Source: Candidatus Micrarchaeota archaeon (GTDB lineage: Archaea; Micrarchaeota; Micrarchaeia; Anstonellales; Bilamarchaeaceae). From it: a stretch of 64,000 bases of DNA. This document shows positions 38,122 through 48,058 of the stretch, in pieces. Numbering within the stretch: the stretch's first letter is position 1; the number at the start of each line of letters is the position of its first letter. Position numbers and translations under genes: made by a program. Under the pieces are notes generated by a model, which made no database searches, was not told where the DNA came from, and saw only the letters and a list, made by a program, of their open reading frames with translations. Location of the stretch: contig JBDRLQ010000023.1 in NCBI GenBank assembly GCA_043812915.1, forward strand, positions 10,810 to 74,809, given 5' to 3'.

Positions 38122-38868
38122 ATGGATAAGGGAATGAACAAGTGGATTCAGCTAAAGAAGCTTATCAAGGAGGCCAATGTCATCGTGGAGGTAGTGGACG
38201 CCAGGGACATAGACGGGACCAGGCTCAAGCAGGCCGAGACGATGGCTGGCACCAACCGGCTCCTTATCGTCGTCAACAAGGTGGATTTATTGCCCGAGGA
38301 CATTGAGCTCACTTTGCCCAAGAACTCGATTGCGATTTCGGCAAAGGAAGCGGACTCCCACGAGCGGAAGATGTTCATGCGCGCGATAATCGCCAAGGCA
38401 ATCGGAACCCCTGTGCGCGCGCTGTTCGTGGGATACCCGAACATCGGGAAGAGCTCGCTGATCAATCTCTTGGCCCAGAGGAGGGCGGCCAAGGTCTCAT
38501 CCATCGCCGGAACAACAAAGAACGTGCAGTGGGTGAAAATCAGCGACGAGCTTATGGTCACCGATTACCGCGGCCTTTTCCCTGAATGGGAAGGCCGGAT
38601 GGGGCTGGTGACAAAAGGCGCGCTAAATACCGAAGGGCACGAGGACAAGTACGCCCACGAATATGCAGACAAGGTGCTCAAGAGTATCGCATTGCGCGGA
38701 TGGCTGGAGGACAAGTTCGATATCGACCTCTCACTTGCCAATACCGCAGAAGATGTCCTGGAAGCGATAGCCAGGAGAAGGAACTGGTATGTCAAGGGCG
38801 GGGAGCTTAACATCCCCGAAGCCATGAAAGCCCTGGTCCGCTCCATGCGGGAAGCTCCGGAACTCTGA
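38122..38868 (+). CDS. Circularly permuted ribosome biogenesis GTPase (RbgA/YlqF family)
   Basis: EVVDARD, G4 NKVD ahead of G1 GYPNIGKS, GTTK, and a variant G3 DYRG. Confidence 0.9.
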   Translation: MDKGMNKWIQLKKLIKEANVIVEVVDARDIDGTRLKQAETMAGTNRLLIVVNKVDLLPEDIELTLPKNSIAISAKEADSHERKMFMRAIIAKAIGTPVRALFVGYPNIGKSSLINLLAQRRAAKVSSIAGTTKNVQWVKISDELMVTDYRGLFPEWEGRMGLVTKGALNTEGHEDKYAHEYADKVLKSIALRGWLEDKFDIDLSLANTAEDVLEAIARRRNWYVKGGELNIPEAMKALVRSMREAPEL

Positions 38869-38911
38869 ATCTTTTTTTAAAATGTCCTATTTAACATAAA
38901 TATGTGTTTTT

Positions 38912-39343
38912 ATGAGCGGGGCAAAGAAGAAGCGTGAGGAGCCGATGGGCTCTATCCGTGTCATCATGGTCGGGAGGAACTCTGCCGCTGATTGCTTCAG
39001 GGAATTTGCCGAGCGCCACCGTGCAGCTTCAGAGGCCCTGGATGAATACAAAGAGGACGCCCGCCTCCTTCGTGCATATGAGGGATACAGGCGCAGATGG
39101 GGGTTCCTGTCCAAAAAGGAGTTCATGGCGGTCATGAAATACCCGGCAGATTCCGAGGAGCTTCTTCACACCGCCTTCAACATTTGCTTCATGGTGACGA
39201 CCATTCTCCAGGCCGGCCCTCCGGATGATGGGGATGTCATTGTCGCAGCCAAAATCATGGGAGCCCTGGATGACCATCCCAAGATATTCGACGGGGTGTC
39301 CCTATGGGCAGAGGCCCGCACCATAAGGGGAGAGATGCTCTAG
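38912..39343 (+). CDS. Hypothetical protein
   Basis: 143-aa ORF after an AT-rich promoter-like spacer. Confidence 0.6.
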   Translation: MSGAKKKREEPMGSIRVIMVGRNSAADCFREFAERHRAASEALDEYKEDARLLRAYEGYRRRWGFLSKKEFMAVMKYPADSEELLHTAFNICFMVTTILQAGPPDDGDVIVAAKIMGALDDHPKIFDGVSLWAEARTIRGEML

Positions 39344-39374
39344 CTTTATTAACGGTTCTTGCAAAGATTAATCC

Positions 39375-40361
39375 ATGAGGGATATCCTTCTTGTTCTTGG
39401 AATAACGTTGATTCTTTTTTTCGGGTGCACGGGCAACGGCCAGTCATCGCAGGCTCCATCCCTGGGGGTCCAAACACTTTCGGAGCCTTCAATCTTGGTT
39501 TTACCAAGGGAGAGCACAATCCCCGCCGGCGCGGTCAAAATAACCCCTGAAACAGACATGTATCCGCCGATTCTGCATTCTGAAGATTATTTTGAGCCTG
39601 TTCCGCTCTCGGGACCTATAAACAGCCGGGGCGCCGAGGATTCCGCCTTCATCCGCCCTGACGGCAGCGAGATGTTCTTCTTTTTCACTCCGGATCCATC
39701 AATCCCGGCCGAGAAGCAGCTTTTTGACGGGGCAACGGGCATTTATTCCTCGAAGAGGGTGAACGGCCAGTGGGGCGAGCCGCAGAGAATTGTCCTGAAC
39801 AATGACATATCCCTCGAAGGCTGCGAGTTCGTTCAGGGCAACAGAATGTGGTTCTGCTCTGCCCGAGCCGGGAACAACCGTGAAATCGACTGGTATGTGG
39901 CGGATTACGAGAATGGGGAATGGAAGCGCTGGCGCCTTGCCCAGGACCTCAATGAGCTTGGGGCGGGCGAATTGCACATAACCTCGGATGGGCAAGCCGT
40001 CTACTTCCACGCCCAGATGGATGGGGGCAGGGGAGGCTATGACCTGTACGTCTCAAGAAAGGAGAATGGAGAATGGTCGGAACCAGAGAACCTGGAACAC
40101 CTGAACTCGGTGGAGACTGAAGGATGGCCATATGTCAGCGAGGATGGGCCTGAGCTCTGGTTCACGAGGGATTACAATGGTTCGCCAGCAATTTTCAGGA
40201 CAAGGTTCGAGAATGGCAGGTGGGCAGTCCCATACCTTATCGTTTCCCAATTTGCCGGGGAGCCGACGGTGGACTATGAGGGCAACCTGTATTTCACGCA
40301 CCATTTCTTCCAGAATGGGCAGATGCTGGAAGCGGATATCTACGTCGCTTATAAAAAGTAG
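39375..40361 (+). CDS. Lipoprotein with WD40-like (PD40/TolB-type) beta-propeller repeats
   Basis: LFFGC lipobox; repeats FIRPDGSEMFF, ITSDGQAVYF, GGYDLYVS and WSEPENL. Confidence 0.85.
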   Translation: MRDILLVLGITLILFFGCTGNGQSSQAPSLGVQTLSEPSILVLPRESTIPAGAVKITPETDMYPPILHSEDYFEPVPLSGPINSRGAEDSAFIRPDGSEMFFFFTPDPSIPAEKQLFDGATGIYSSKRVNGQWGEPQRIVLNNDISLEGCEFVQGNRMWFCSARAGNNREIDWYVADYENGEWKRWRLAQDLNELGAGELHITSDGQAVYFHAQMDGGRGGYDLYVSRKENGEWSEPENLEHLNSVETEGWPYVSEDGPELWFTRDYNGSPAIFRTRFENGRWAVPYLIVSQFAGEPTVDYEGNLYFTHHFFQNGQMLEADIYVAYKK

Positions 40362-40394
40362 CTGTATGCCGCTCTGGTGCGCTTAAGCTAAAAT

Positions 40395-40610
40395 TCAGAT
40401 CGGATACAGCCTGGTGAATCTCGGGTCTTTGGCGTCATTGGCGAATCTACGGAGCCCCAGCTCAATGAATTGAGGCCCGATCGAGTAGATGTCAACCCTG
40501 ATGGGGCGCTCAAAGCACTTTTCATAGTCCCTCCTTCCGGATTTTCGTCCGAGCTCTCCCATAACTCCACCAACCCGGCTTACCATCCTAACGTTGTTAT
40601 TCTCCTTCAT
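40395..40610 (-). CDS. Small hypothetical protein
   Basis: GGAGGTGG RBS and TATATATA box upstream. Confidence 0.5.
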   Translation of the reverse strand: MKENNNVRMVSRVGGVMGELGRKSGRRDYEKCFERPIRVDIYSIGPQFIELGLRRFANDAKDPRFTRLYPI

Positions 40611-40809
40611 TTTTACCACCTCCCGTATTAACCGCAGCTGTTCTCATATATATACCTTTTTGAAATAAATCTGTATAATTGCACATTGTTTTTAAAAAAA
40701 GTGGTGTGAATTGCACAGAGTTTCGGGGGAACTCATTAATTACGCCATTATATGGGGGTTAGTGGTCTTTTTATAAATAATGTGATACAAATTTTCTATG
40801 TGACCAACA

Positions 40810-41322
40810 ATGTTTAAGAAAAAATCTACTCATTCTCCCCACCCCCAGAGCGGGGGAGATGTCAATGGCAAGGCACCAAAGAAATCCGGCATCCTCCTCG
40901 CGGGCGAGCCCTCCAAGGAGCAGAAGCCGCTGCGCATCATGGCAGTGGATGATGAGCTTCTGATGCTGAGGGCGCTCCGGAGGAGCCTGGCAAAGCATGG
41001 CTTCGAAGTGGAAGCCTTCAGCTCCGGCGCGGACGCTATCAGGGCATACCCGGAGGGAGCATTCGACCTTGTGATATCGGGCCTTGAAATCATGGCGGCC
41101 CTGCGCGAAATCGACCCTGACTCAAGGATAATACTCCTGAGCGGAAGCGTCGATTCTGTGGATCAGCTGCTAACTCTCACAGAGAGGGGGGCAGACCTTG
41201 TTCTGAACAAGCCGGTAACCGAAGAGCAGTTGCGCTTCGGGATTGCCCAGGTGCTCGGGCAGCAGGACGTTCTCGAGGAGCTTCTCTCAAATCCCTGCAC
41301 TGGCGGGAATGGCAGCTCCTAA
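40810..41322 (+). CDS. Receiver-domain (CheY-like) protein lacking the phosphoacceptor Asp segment
   Basis: IMAVDDE, IILLSG and LNKPV are present, but the sequence reads FDLVISGLEI where D-x-x-M-P is expected. Confidence 0.85.
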   Translation: MFKKKSTHSPHPQSGGDVNGKAPKKSGILLAGEPSKEQKPLRIMAVDDELLMLRALRRSLAKHGFEVEAFSSGADAIRAYPEGAFDLVISGLEIMAALREIDPDSRIILLSGSVDSVDQLLTLTERGADLVLNKPVTEEQLRFGIAQVLGQQDVLEELLSNPCTGGNGSS

Positions 41323-41354
41323 GCAATTATAACCTTTTTCTAATAATCTTCTTC

Positions 41355-42821
41355 ATGAAATTCTGGAAATTATCATTAATCGGGATTGTTTTTCTGGTAT
41401 TAGCGACCTCTTCTTTTGCCGAGACCACCTGCACGCGAAACGGCTGTGATATCGAAATCACCCTGAAAATCGCCTTCCAGGGAGCGACCCCCCAATACAT
41501 CAACAATGTCGAGACTGAGATTGAGGGGGTGTGGAACGGGCCCAACGGCTTCCAGACAGTCGGCGACTGCAAGTGCAAAATGACATTCAATGTGATAACA
41601 AGCACTGCGGCAGACTGCAAGAACAATCCGCCTGCCGGCTGGCACTGCGTGATGGTGACCGATTACAACAACGACCCTCCAAGGAACCAGACCAACTGGA
41701 ACGGGGCCAAGTTTTACATCGGCTACATGTATGGCGTCTCTTCAGGAAATGGCGGCAACAGCCAGATGGGCTGGTGGTCCAACATAATGAGCCGCCCTGT
41801 GGACCCGAACAACCCTGGAGGGGAGCACTACAAGGATTTTGCCCATGAGGCTGGCCACATGATGGGGCTGGAAGACGGCGATGGGGGGATAATGTCCCAG
41901 ACCTCGGGGCCGAACTCCAACCCCACGCAGGCCAACCTAGATGAAATCGCCAATGATGTCTGCGGGAACAACTACTGCCCTGATTCCTGCTGCTGCGGGA
42001 ACAGCGAAATCGACAGAACCAAAGGGGAAACATGCGACCCTATGGCCATGCCCGACGGATGCGCGCAGGGCCAGTCCTGCTGCGCGGTGTGCTGCAACTG
42101 CTATGGCCCGCTCTGCATAGCCGCCAATGGCGAATACACCAGCGAGCAGGCCTGCCAGTCCTCCTGTGGGGGGAGCGCCAAATGCTACAAGAACTACAAG
42201 AGCGGCTGCTGGGACTGTGTGAGGCAGAACATCGTAGTCCATGGCACCTGCCGGGACCCGACGAACATACGGGGCAATTCCAACTGCGACCATGTCCAGA
42301 GGACTGTGGTTGAGATAGTTGCCGACTTCTACGACACCTCTTTGAGCAGCGCGCCGATAATGGGCGATGTCTTCAGGAACGAACGGATTAACATTGACGT
42401 GGAAGGAAGGGGAATCGGGCACATAGTTACTTCTGAAGGGGCGATAATCGAATCCGGGGATGGCCCTGTGGATGGCGGGACGGTCACAATCACGACCGAC
42501 AGCGACACTGTTGAGTATCTCGCGGCGGATGAGATGACTGTCCAGCAGGGGGTCTCAAGCGGAAGAATCAGGATAGACGGGCTCGGTATCGTCGATGGGA
42601 TGAAATTCGGCGTCTATCACCTGATATTCGACATCTACAACCTCGTTTCGCCCGGGCCGGAATTCATTCCTCCGGAATATGGTGATGAGCTCCCCCTGGA
42701 ATACCAGGAGCAGATGCTTGAGATTATCTATGCTGAGCCGGCCTCAGGAGATGATGGGGTATATGACCCGGAGCATGTTCCAGACGGAGGCTATATCGGC
42801 TCCAATGTTTTCCCGGAATAA
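41355..42821 (+). CDS. Secreted zinc-metallopeptidase-like protein with Cys-rich modules and a C-terminal SCP2-like domain
   Basis: Signal peptide, FAHEAGHMMGL, downstream GIM Met-turn, CCCGN...GETCD. Confidence 0.75.
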   Translation: MKFWKLSLIGIVFLVLATSSFAETTCTRNGCDIEITLKIAFQGATPQYINNVETEIEGVWNGPNGFQTVGDCKCKMTFNVITSTAADCKNNPPAGWHCVMVTDYNNDPPRNQTNWNGAKFYIGYMYGVSSGNGGNSQMGWWSNIMSRPVDPNNPGGEHYKDFAHEAGHMMGLEDGDGGIMSQTSGPNSNPTQANLDEIANDVCGNNYCPDSCCCGNSEIDRTKGETCDPMAMPDGCAQGQSCCAVCCNCYGPLCIAANGEYTSEQACQSSCGGSAKCYKNYKSGCWDCVRQNIVVHGTCRDPTNIRGNSNCDHVQRTVVEIVADFYDTSLSSAPIMGDVFRNERINIDVEGRGIGHIVTSEGAIIESGDGPVDGGTVTITTDSDTVEYLAADEMTVQQGVSSGRIRIDGLGIVDGMKFGVYHLIFDIYNLVSPGPEFIPPEYGDELPLEYQEQMLEIIYAEPASGDDGVYDPEHVPDGGYIGSNVFPE

Positions 42822-42880
42822 TCCGGGCGTTTTTTCATTTTTTGCCAAGCTTTATTAACGCTCAGAGGGATTCTCCTTTC

Positions 42881-44203
42881 ATGACTGAAAAGGATGGAAA
42901 CATCAGGATTTTCGGCGGGGATGGCGAGATCGGCGGCAACAAGGTTCTGGTTGCCGATAAAAAAGAGAAGATATTCCTTGATTTTGGCCAGTCGTTCAAG
43001 CACCTTGATGACTATTACGTTCAGTTTTCCTACCTCTTTCCAAGGGGCAGGTTCGGGCTCAAGGACTATTTCGAATTTGATTTGATGCCCAGGCTCGAGG
43101 GCCTTTACGGGGAGCATTTCCTCAAAGACACGGACATGAAGTTCGCCAAGCCCGCCTATGACGCGGTATTCCTCAGCCACGCGCACTATGACCACCTTGC
43201 CCACGCGCGCTTCCTCCACCCGGGGATTCCCATACATCTTGGGGAAGCGACAGAAAGGATTGTGCGCTCCACTGAGAAAACCTCCTCCAAGGCGGGAACG
43301 GGGATGCTTCCAGCCGGAGCCCCAGTGCACAAGTTCAGGAGCGGCAAGAAGGTGGATGTCGGAAATATCTCGGTAACTCCCATTCATGTGGACCATTCGG
43401 TCCCAGGCGCCTATGGATTCATCGTGGAAACTTCCGGGGGCTCGATTGCATATACCGGGGACCTGAGGCAGCATGGGCCAAGGGCGGACATGACCGAGGA
43501 ATTCCTTAAGAAGGCAGAAGGGGTTGATTCGCTTATAATTGAAGGGACGCGGGTGGGCCCAAAGGAGGAGCAGAACCGGAGCTATTTCTCCGAGCAGAAG
43601 GTCTTTGAGGGCAGCATGGAGGTTGCTGAGAAATGCGATGGGGCGCTGATTACCAGCCGCTATCCAAAAGACCTGGACAGGTTCAGGACTTTCTATGAGA
43701 TTGCCAAAAAGACCGGCAGGCAATTGATTATCTCAATCAAGACCGCGCATCTCCTGCTTTCCCTCAAAGGGGACGAGGGGATATCCCTGCCCGACCCGCT
43801 CAACGACAAGCACATCAGGATTTACGGGCGGGAGAAGAAAATCTACTATGATTTCGAGAAGGAGCTGATAACAAAGTGCGTCAACAGCAGGTATGTCGCC
43901 AAGAGGATGGATGAATTAATATTCGAGATTGACTTCTACACTTTGCCCGAATTAATCGACCTCAAGCCCAAGAAGGGGCATTTCATACACTCCATGAGCG
44001 AGCCGTTCCAGGAGGACCCGCTCAGCATCCTCTCGGATGAGGTCCTCCAGAACTGGCTGGACCATTTCCATCTGGAGAGGCACCAGCTGCACGCCTCAGG
44101 GCACGCGTCAATGGAGGAGATTTTCGGGATGATTGAGCGGATTGGTGCAAAGAAGGTCTATCCTATACACACCGAGCACCCGGAGCTCTTCAATAAGCAT
44201 TAA
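42881..44203 (+). CDS. Metallo-beta-lactamase / beta-CASP nuclease (RNase J-like)
   Basis: GGDGEIGGN, SHAHYDH, VDHS, YTGD, HASGH and PIHTE. Confidence 0.9.
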   Translation: MTEKDGNIRIFGGDGEIGGNKVLVADKKEKIFLDFGQSFKHLDDYYVQFSYLFPRGRFGLKDYFEFDLMPRLEGLYGEHFLKDTDMKFAKPAYDAVFLSHAHYDHLAHARFLHPGIPIHLGEATERIVRSTEKTSSKAGTGMLPAGAPVHKFRSGKKVDVGNISVTPIHVDHSVPGAYGFIVETSGGSIAYTGDLRQHGPRADMTEEFLKKAEGVDSLIIEGTRVGPKEEQNRSYFSEQKVFEGSMEVAEKCDGALITSRYPKDLDRFRTFYEIAKKTGRQLIISIKTAHLLLSLKGDEGISLPDPLNDKHIRIYGREKKIYYDFEKELITKCVNSRYVAKRMDELIFEIDFYTLPELIDLKPKKGHFIHSMSEPFQEDPLSILSDEVLQNWLDHFHLERHQLHASGHASMEEIFGMIERIGAKKVYPIHTEHPELFNKH

Positions 44204-44230
44204 AAACGGGCACTCCAGAAAGATGATACG

Positions 44231-44836
44231 ATGTTCAAACAGAACTTAGCCCTGAGGGGATTGCAATCTAAAATCGGCAAGGCGCTCTCAGCGATACCGC
44301 TATCCCCGAACTCCTGGACCCTCCTTTCAGTGCTGATGGCTTTCGTGGGGGGGATGGTGATTGCGGTATCCGGCAATCTCCTTGCAGGCATCATCCTGTT
44401 CGCATTGTCAGCCCTGTCCGACGCCTTTGACGGCGCGGTCGCAAGGGCAAGGAACCAGGTATCCAAATACGGGGGTTTCCTGGACGGAGTCGCGGACAGG
44501 TTCGTTGAAGCGGCGTTCCTCTTCTCATTCATGTTCTTTCCCCTTCCGGACATTTTCATCCAGGCCAAAATCTGGCTCGCAGGGGTGGTTTTCCTTGGCA
44601 CATGCATGCCCTCATTCATACGCGCGTATGCCCATCACAAGGAAGTGCTAACAAGCGAGCAGGCGCACGCCGTTGGCGGGATATGCGAGAGGAGCGAGAG
44701 GATGCTGATCCTGATTGTTGGGCTGGCAGCCGGGATGCTTTTCTCAATGGAGTATTTCGTATATGCCCTCATTCTTGTGTGCGCGCTATCAGCGATAACA
44801 ATCCTCCAGAGGCTGGCGGCAGTCAAGCTTAAATAG
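44231..44836 (+). CDS. CDP-alcohol phosphatidyltransferase
   Basis: DAFDGAVAR...GGFLDGVADR and ERSER. Confidence 0.93.
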   Translation: MFKQNLALRGLQSKIGKALSAIPLSPNSWTLLSVLMAFVGGMVIAVSGNLLAGIILFALSALSDAFDGAVARARNQVSKYGGFLDGVADRFVEAAFLFSFMFFPLPDIFIQAKIWLAGVVFLGTCMPSFIRAYAHHKEVLTSEQAHAVGGICERSERMLILIVGLAAGMLFSMEYFVYALILVCALSAITILQRLAAVKLK

Positions 44837-44857
44837 CTTGCAGGCTTTTTCTTGCGC

Positions 44858-46027
44858 ATGGCCGATATCTTTTCCTTCTTTATAGTGATGGCCGCCGGGC
44901 TGTTCTTCGCCGAATTCTTCAGGCCTTTCCATATGCCGTACGTGGTGGTTCTCATACTCACCGGCATATTGATCGGCCCATCAGCCCTCAATTTCTTCAC
45001 TCCGGACGACACCATAGAATTCATCGGCCAGATAGGGCTGGTATTCCTTATGTTCATGGCAGGGCTGGAGGCCAGGCTCTCCGTAATGGCCGAGCTGCGC
45101 AAGTCAGTTGCGGTTCTGGCCATCCTGAACGGATTCATCCCATTCATCGCGGGGGTGGCAATCGCGCTCTCATTTGGCTATGGCTGGACCAGCGCGCTGT
45201 TCCTTGGCACGATATTCATCTCATCATCAATCGCGGTGATCATTCCCTCGCTGCAGGCCAACAACCTGCTCCAGACGAGGCTGGGAAAGACGATACTAGG
45301 CGCCACGATAGCGGAGGATGTGGCAAGCCTTGTGATATTCTCTATCCTTCTACAGACGATAAACCCGACGCACAACGTCCCGCTGCCCCTGTTCTACCTG
45401 GTGCTATTCATGTTCCTTGTGACATTGAGGGTTTTCATCCAGAGGCTCAGAAAATTCTACCAGTCCCTGCTGTCCAGGCGCGCCAGGAAGGAGATATTCG
45501 AGAATGAGGTCAGATTCATCTTCGCAATCCTCCTGGCGACGGTGGTGCTCTTCGAGATTCTCGGCCTCCATGCGATAATCGCTGGCTTCTTTGCCGGCAT
45601 GGCGTTGTCCGAATCCATAAAAAAGGACATACTGAAGAAGAAGCTGCACGCGATAAGCTACGGGCTGTTCATTCCGGTATTTTTCGTAATAATAGGCTCG
45701 CAGACAGATATTCAGGTTCTCCTGGACGGCTCCGGCGTGGCGGTCCTTGCGGGCATTATCGTAATGGGCTCAGTGGCATCAAAGTTCCTCAGCGGATTCC
45801 TCTCCGGCAAGCTATCCGGCTTCACTTCCAAGGAGAGCAGCATAATGGGTAGCGCGACCCTGCCCCAGCTATCAACAACCCTGGCGGTCGCCTTCATAGG
45901 GCTTGAGCTCAATCTCTTTGGCCCCGAGCTGATACTGGCGATGACAATTTTGAGCATCCTGACGACAATCGCAGGACCATACATAATCGGCATTCTCGTT
46001 GAGCGCAAAAAGCCAAAGAGCAAATAG
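44858..46027 (+). CDS. Cation:proton antiporter (CPA2/KefB-like)
   Basis: GILIGP, FLMFMAGLE, SSIAV, IAEDVAS and LFIPVFF. Confidence 0.92.
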   Translation: MADIFSFFIVMAAGLFFAEFFRPFHMPYVVVLILTGILIGPSALNFFTPDDTIEFIGQIGLVFLMFMAGLEARLSVMAELRKSVAVLAILNGFIPFIAGVAIALSFGYGWTSALFLGTIFISSSIAVIIPSLQANNLLQTRLGKTILGATIAEDVASLVIFSILLQTINPTHNVPLPLFYLVLFMFLVTLRVFIQRLRKFYQSLLSRRARKEIFENEVRFIFAILLATVVLFEILGLHAIIAGFFAGMALSESIKKDILKKKLHAISYGLFIPVFFVIIGSQTDIQVLLDGSGVAVLAGIIVMGSVASKFLSGFLSGKLSGFTSKESSIMGSATLPQLSTTLAVAFIGLELNLFGPELILAMTILSILTTIAGPYIIGILVERKKPKSK

Positions 46028-46064
46028 CCGAATGCAATAAAAAGATTGCAGGAAACTACCTCTC

Positions 46065-46328
46065 ATGGTATCCAAGAAGATTATTGAGATAGCGCTCATA
46101 GTCATCGCGTTCATCCTTTTCCTTGGCATATTGAAGGCTTGGGGCCCATGGGTGCTTTTAGGCAACATCCTGGTCGCCCTGGTTGCGCTCAAGGTCCTTG
46201 GATGGCTCGGCATAAAGATTGAGATAAGCATGTGGAGCATACTGATTCTCCTCCTGGGGGGGATAATCGGGCTGCTGCTCGTGATGTTCCTGAGCGTCTC
46301 AGGAATAGCCTTCAAGGCCAAGAAGTAG
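46065..46328 (+). CDS. Small membrane protein (BofA-like)
   Basis: Three TM helices with a GNIL...GIKIEI...LGGIIG pattern. Confidence 0.6.
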   Translation: MVSKKIIEIALIVIAFILFLGILKAWGPWVLLGNILVALVALKVLGWLGIKIEISMWSILILLLGGIIGLLLVMFLSVSGIAFKAKK

Positions 46329-46329
46329 C

Positions 46330-46548
46330 CTATTCCTTCTTTTTTATTTTTTTGGCGAGTATTTTCTTCATCTGGCGCACATGCGCGGTCTCATCCTTCT
46401 TTATTTTCTCAAACAACTTGACGCACTCTGCATGCTTGCATTTCTCCGCGTCTTTGATATAGCTCTCGATATGCCACAGAAGCTCCAGTTTCTTGGTCAT
46501 CTGCTTGATGACGTTGTAATCGCAGTCGCATAAAGGCTTCCTGACCAT
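46330..46548 (-). CDS. Small two-helix ferritin-like protein
   Basis: YIKDAE...ECVKLFEKIKKDETAH (ExxH motif); GGGGTGA RBS. Confidence 0.7.
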   Translation of the reverse strand: MVRKPLCDCDYNVIKQMTKKLELLWHIESYIKDAEKCKHAECVKLFEKIKKDETAHVRQMKKILAKKIKKKE

Positions 46549-46592
46549 TCCGAATCACCCCTGATAAGGCAACTCCCCATAGGAATATAAGC

Positions 46593-47264
46593 CTACTTCC
46601 TGGCCAGTTCGTATATGCAGATGAGCATGGTCCCCAGGCTGAGAAGCGCCACCACTACGAATAGCGGAACCTCTGAATTCCGCGGGGGCTCATCCATTGC
46701 CTGCATCAGTGCCCCGTTCGCGGTGGCCTGCGCCAGTTCGCCTCCCCGTGCATCCGCTTCCGGCATCGGGGGAGGGAACTCATCCCGGATGGCATAATCC
46801 ATCTCGGCCCCGTAGGCTTCTTCATACGAGCCTGCCATGGGCCCTGATTCGGTTTTATCCAGGCCTGTCTCTTCCCAGCCGTCCATTGGGGTGTCAATCA
46901 TTGCCGTCGGGGGATTCATTACAGGGGCAACAAGCATGAATGAGGAAGCGAGGAAAGCGACGATGGAAAGCGAGAGCATCAGCATAATCCGCATGCCCTT
47001 ATGCCTGGGGGCGATTATTCCGGCCCCCTTCTCCGTAAGCTCGTAATACTTCCACTTGTGGCCGTCGTCCTTCTTCTCAATCAGGCCGGCATCCTCAAGG
47101 GTCTCAAGATGCTCCTTCACTCCGGAGACCGACATCCTCAGCTCTGCTGCGAGCTCGGAGAGGGTCTTCCTCCGCTTGGCCAGTGATTTGAGTATCTTCA
47201 CCCTGGTGTCGGCTGCCAAAGCCTCGAAGCTCTTCCGGTCAAGGACAATCTGGGCCTCTTCCAT
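46593..47264 (-). CDS. ArsR-family HTH regulator with transmembrane helices
   Basis: FEALAADTRVKILKSL...HLETLEDAGLI...KWKYYELTEKG, followed by two TM helices. Confidence 0.88.
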   Translation of the reverse strand: MEEAQIVLDRKSFEALAADTRVKILKSLAKRRKTLSELAAELRMSVSGVKEHLETLEDAGLIEKKDDGHKWKYYELTEKGAGIIAPRHKGMRIMLMLSLSIVAFLASSFMLVAPVMNPPTAMIDTPMDGWEETGLDKTESGPMAGSYEEAYGAEMDYAIRDEFPPPMPEADARGGELAQATANGALMQAMDEPPRNSEVPLFVVVALLSLGTMLICIYELARK

Positions 47265-47370
47265 GGAATACTAAGGCCCGGCAGGTCTTTAAAAAGTTAG
47301 GATATCTTTCGGTCAGGGCCTCAAAAAGCTTTATAAGGAAGCCTGAGACCTATTTAGCGGAGTTGGGAGA

Positions 47371-47712
47371 ATGTATCATCTTGGAATAGTACAACACCTT
47401 ATCAGGCCAAATGGCAGCGTGAAGAGTTCGGACGACAGCACACAGGCCGTCATCAGGATGTGGGATGAGAACCTGCTGATGATTCTTGTTGACAAGAAGC
47501 TCGGCCCGAAGATAAAGGAGAAGGACTATGTCATTGCCGATTACACTCCGATTACCGCTGATTCCCCGAACAGGAAGATGGTAATCGTGAAGGTGCTGCC
47601 CGCCGAGAAGGGCAAGAAAATGTGGCGTGACTTCGAGAAGGAGCTTGAGAGGAAGAAGACGCGGCTGCAGGAGATGAAAGGACAGCAGCAATCATATCCG
47701 TACATAAGGTAA
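47371..47712 (+). CDS. Hypothetical protein
   Basis: 113-aa ORF with TTTATAA upstream; beta-rich then helical. Confidence 0.7.
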   Translation: MYHLGIVQHLIRPNGSVKSSDDSTQAVIRMWDENLLMILVDKKLGPKIKEKDYVIADYTPITADSPNRKMVIVKVLPAEKGKKMWRDFEKELERKKTRLQEMKGQQQSYPYIR

Positions 47713-47716
47713 GATT

Positions 47717-47908
47717 ATGGAGAGCGAAGCGGTTGGGCCTTCTCCTGATTTCCGCATGGTCGGAAGGTCCAGGAGCATAGAGGAGGCCGAGCAGATTGCG
47801 CTGCAGTATGAGGCTCAGGGATTCATGACAAAGATTATCCGGAAGGGGATGGGCGGAATCACTCTTTATGAGGTGTGGGCGGCAAAAGAGCCCACCGCGA
47901 TAAACTAA
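47717..47908 (+). CDS. Small hypothetical protein
   Basis: 63 aa, starts 4 nt after the previous gene. Confidence 0.6.
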   Translation: MESEAVGPSPDFRMVGRSRSIEEAEQIALQYEAQGFMTKIIRKGMGGITLYEVWAAKEPTAIN

Positions 47909-47919
47909 ATTAGGAGGAA

Positions 47920-47992
47920 TGGGGCCGCCGAGATTCGAACTCAGATCACAGCCTCCCGAAGGCTACAGCATACCAGGTTAACCTACGGCCCC
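47920..47992 (-). tRNA. tRNA-Pro(CGG), no intron, CCA not encoded
   Basis: Reverse complement reads GGGGCCG...TAGCC-TTCGGGA-GGCTG...CTGAG-TTCGAAT-CTCGG-CGGCCCCA. Confidence 0.95.
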
Positions 47993-48058
47993 AAAAATTG
48001 AGTAATTTTGACATATCTTCAGTAGGGTTTATATATCCTTTTTCACCACCCCCTAAAC

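Noticed and set aside
40672..40717. Two AATTGCACA-containing semi-palindromes upstream of the receiver gene
   Set aside because: Short, of unequal length and in AT-rich DNA; too weak to call.
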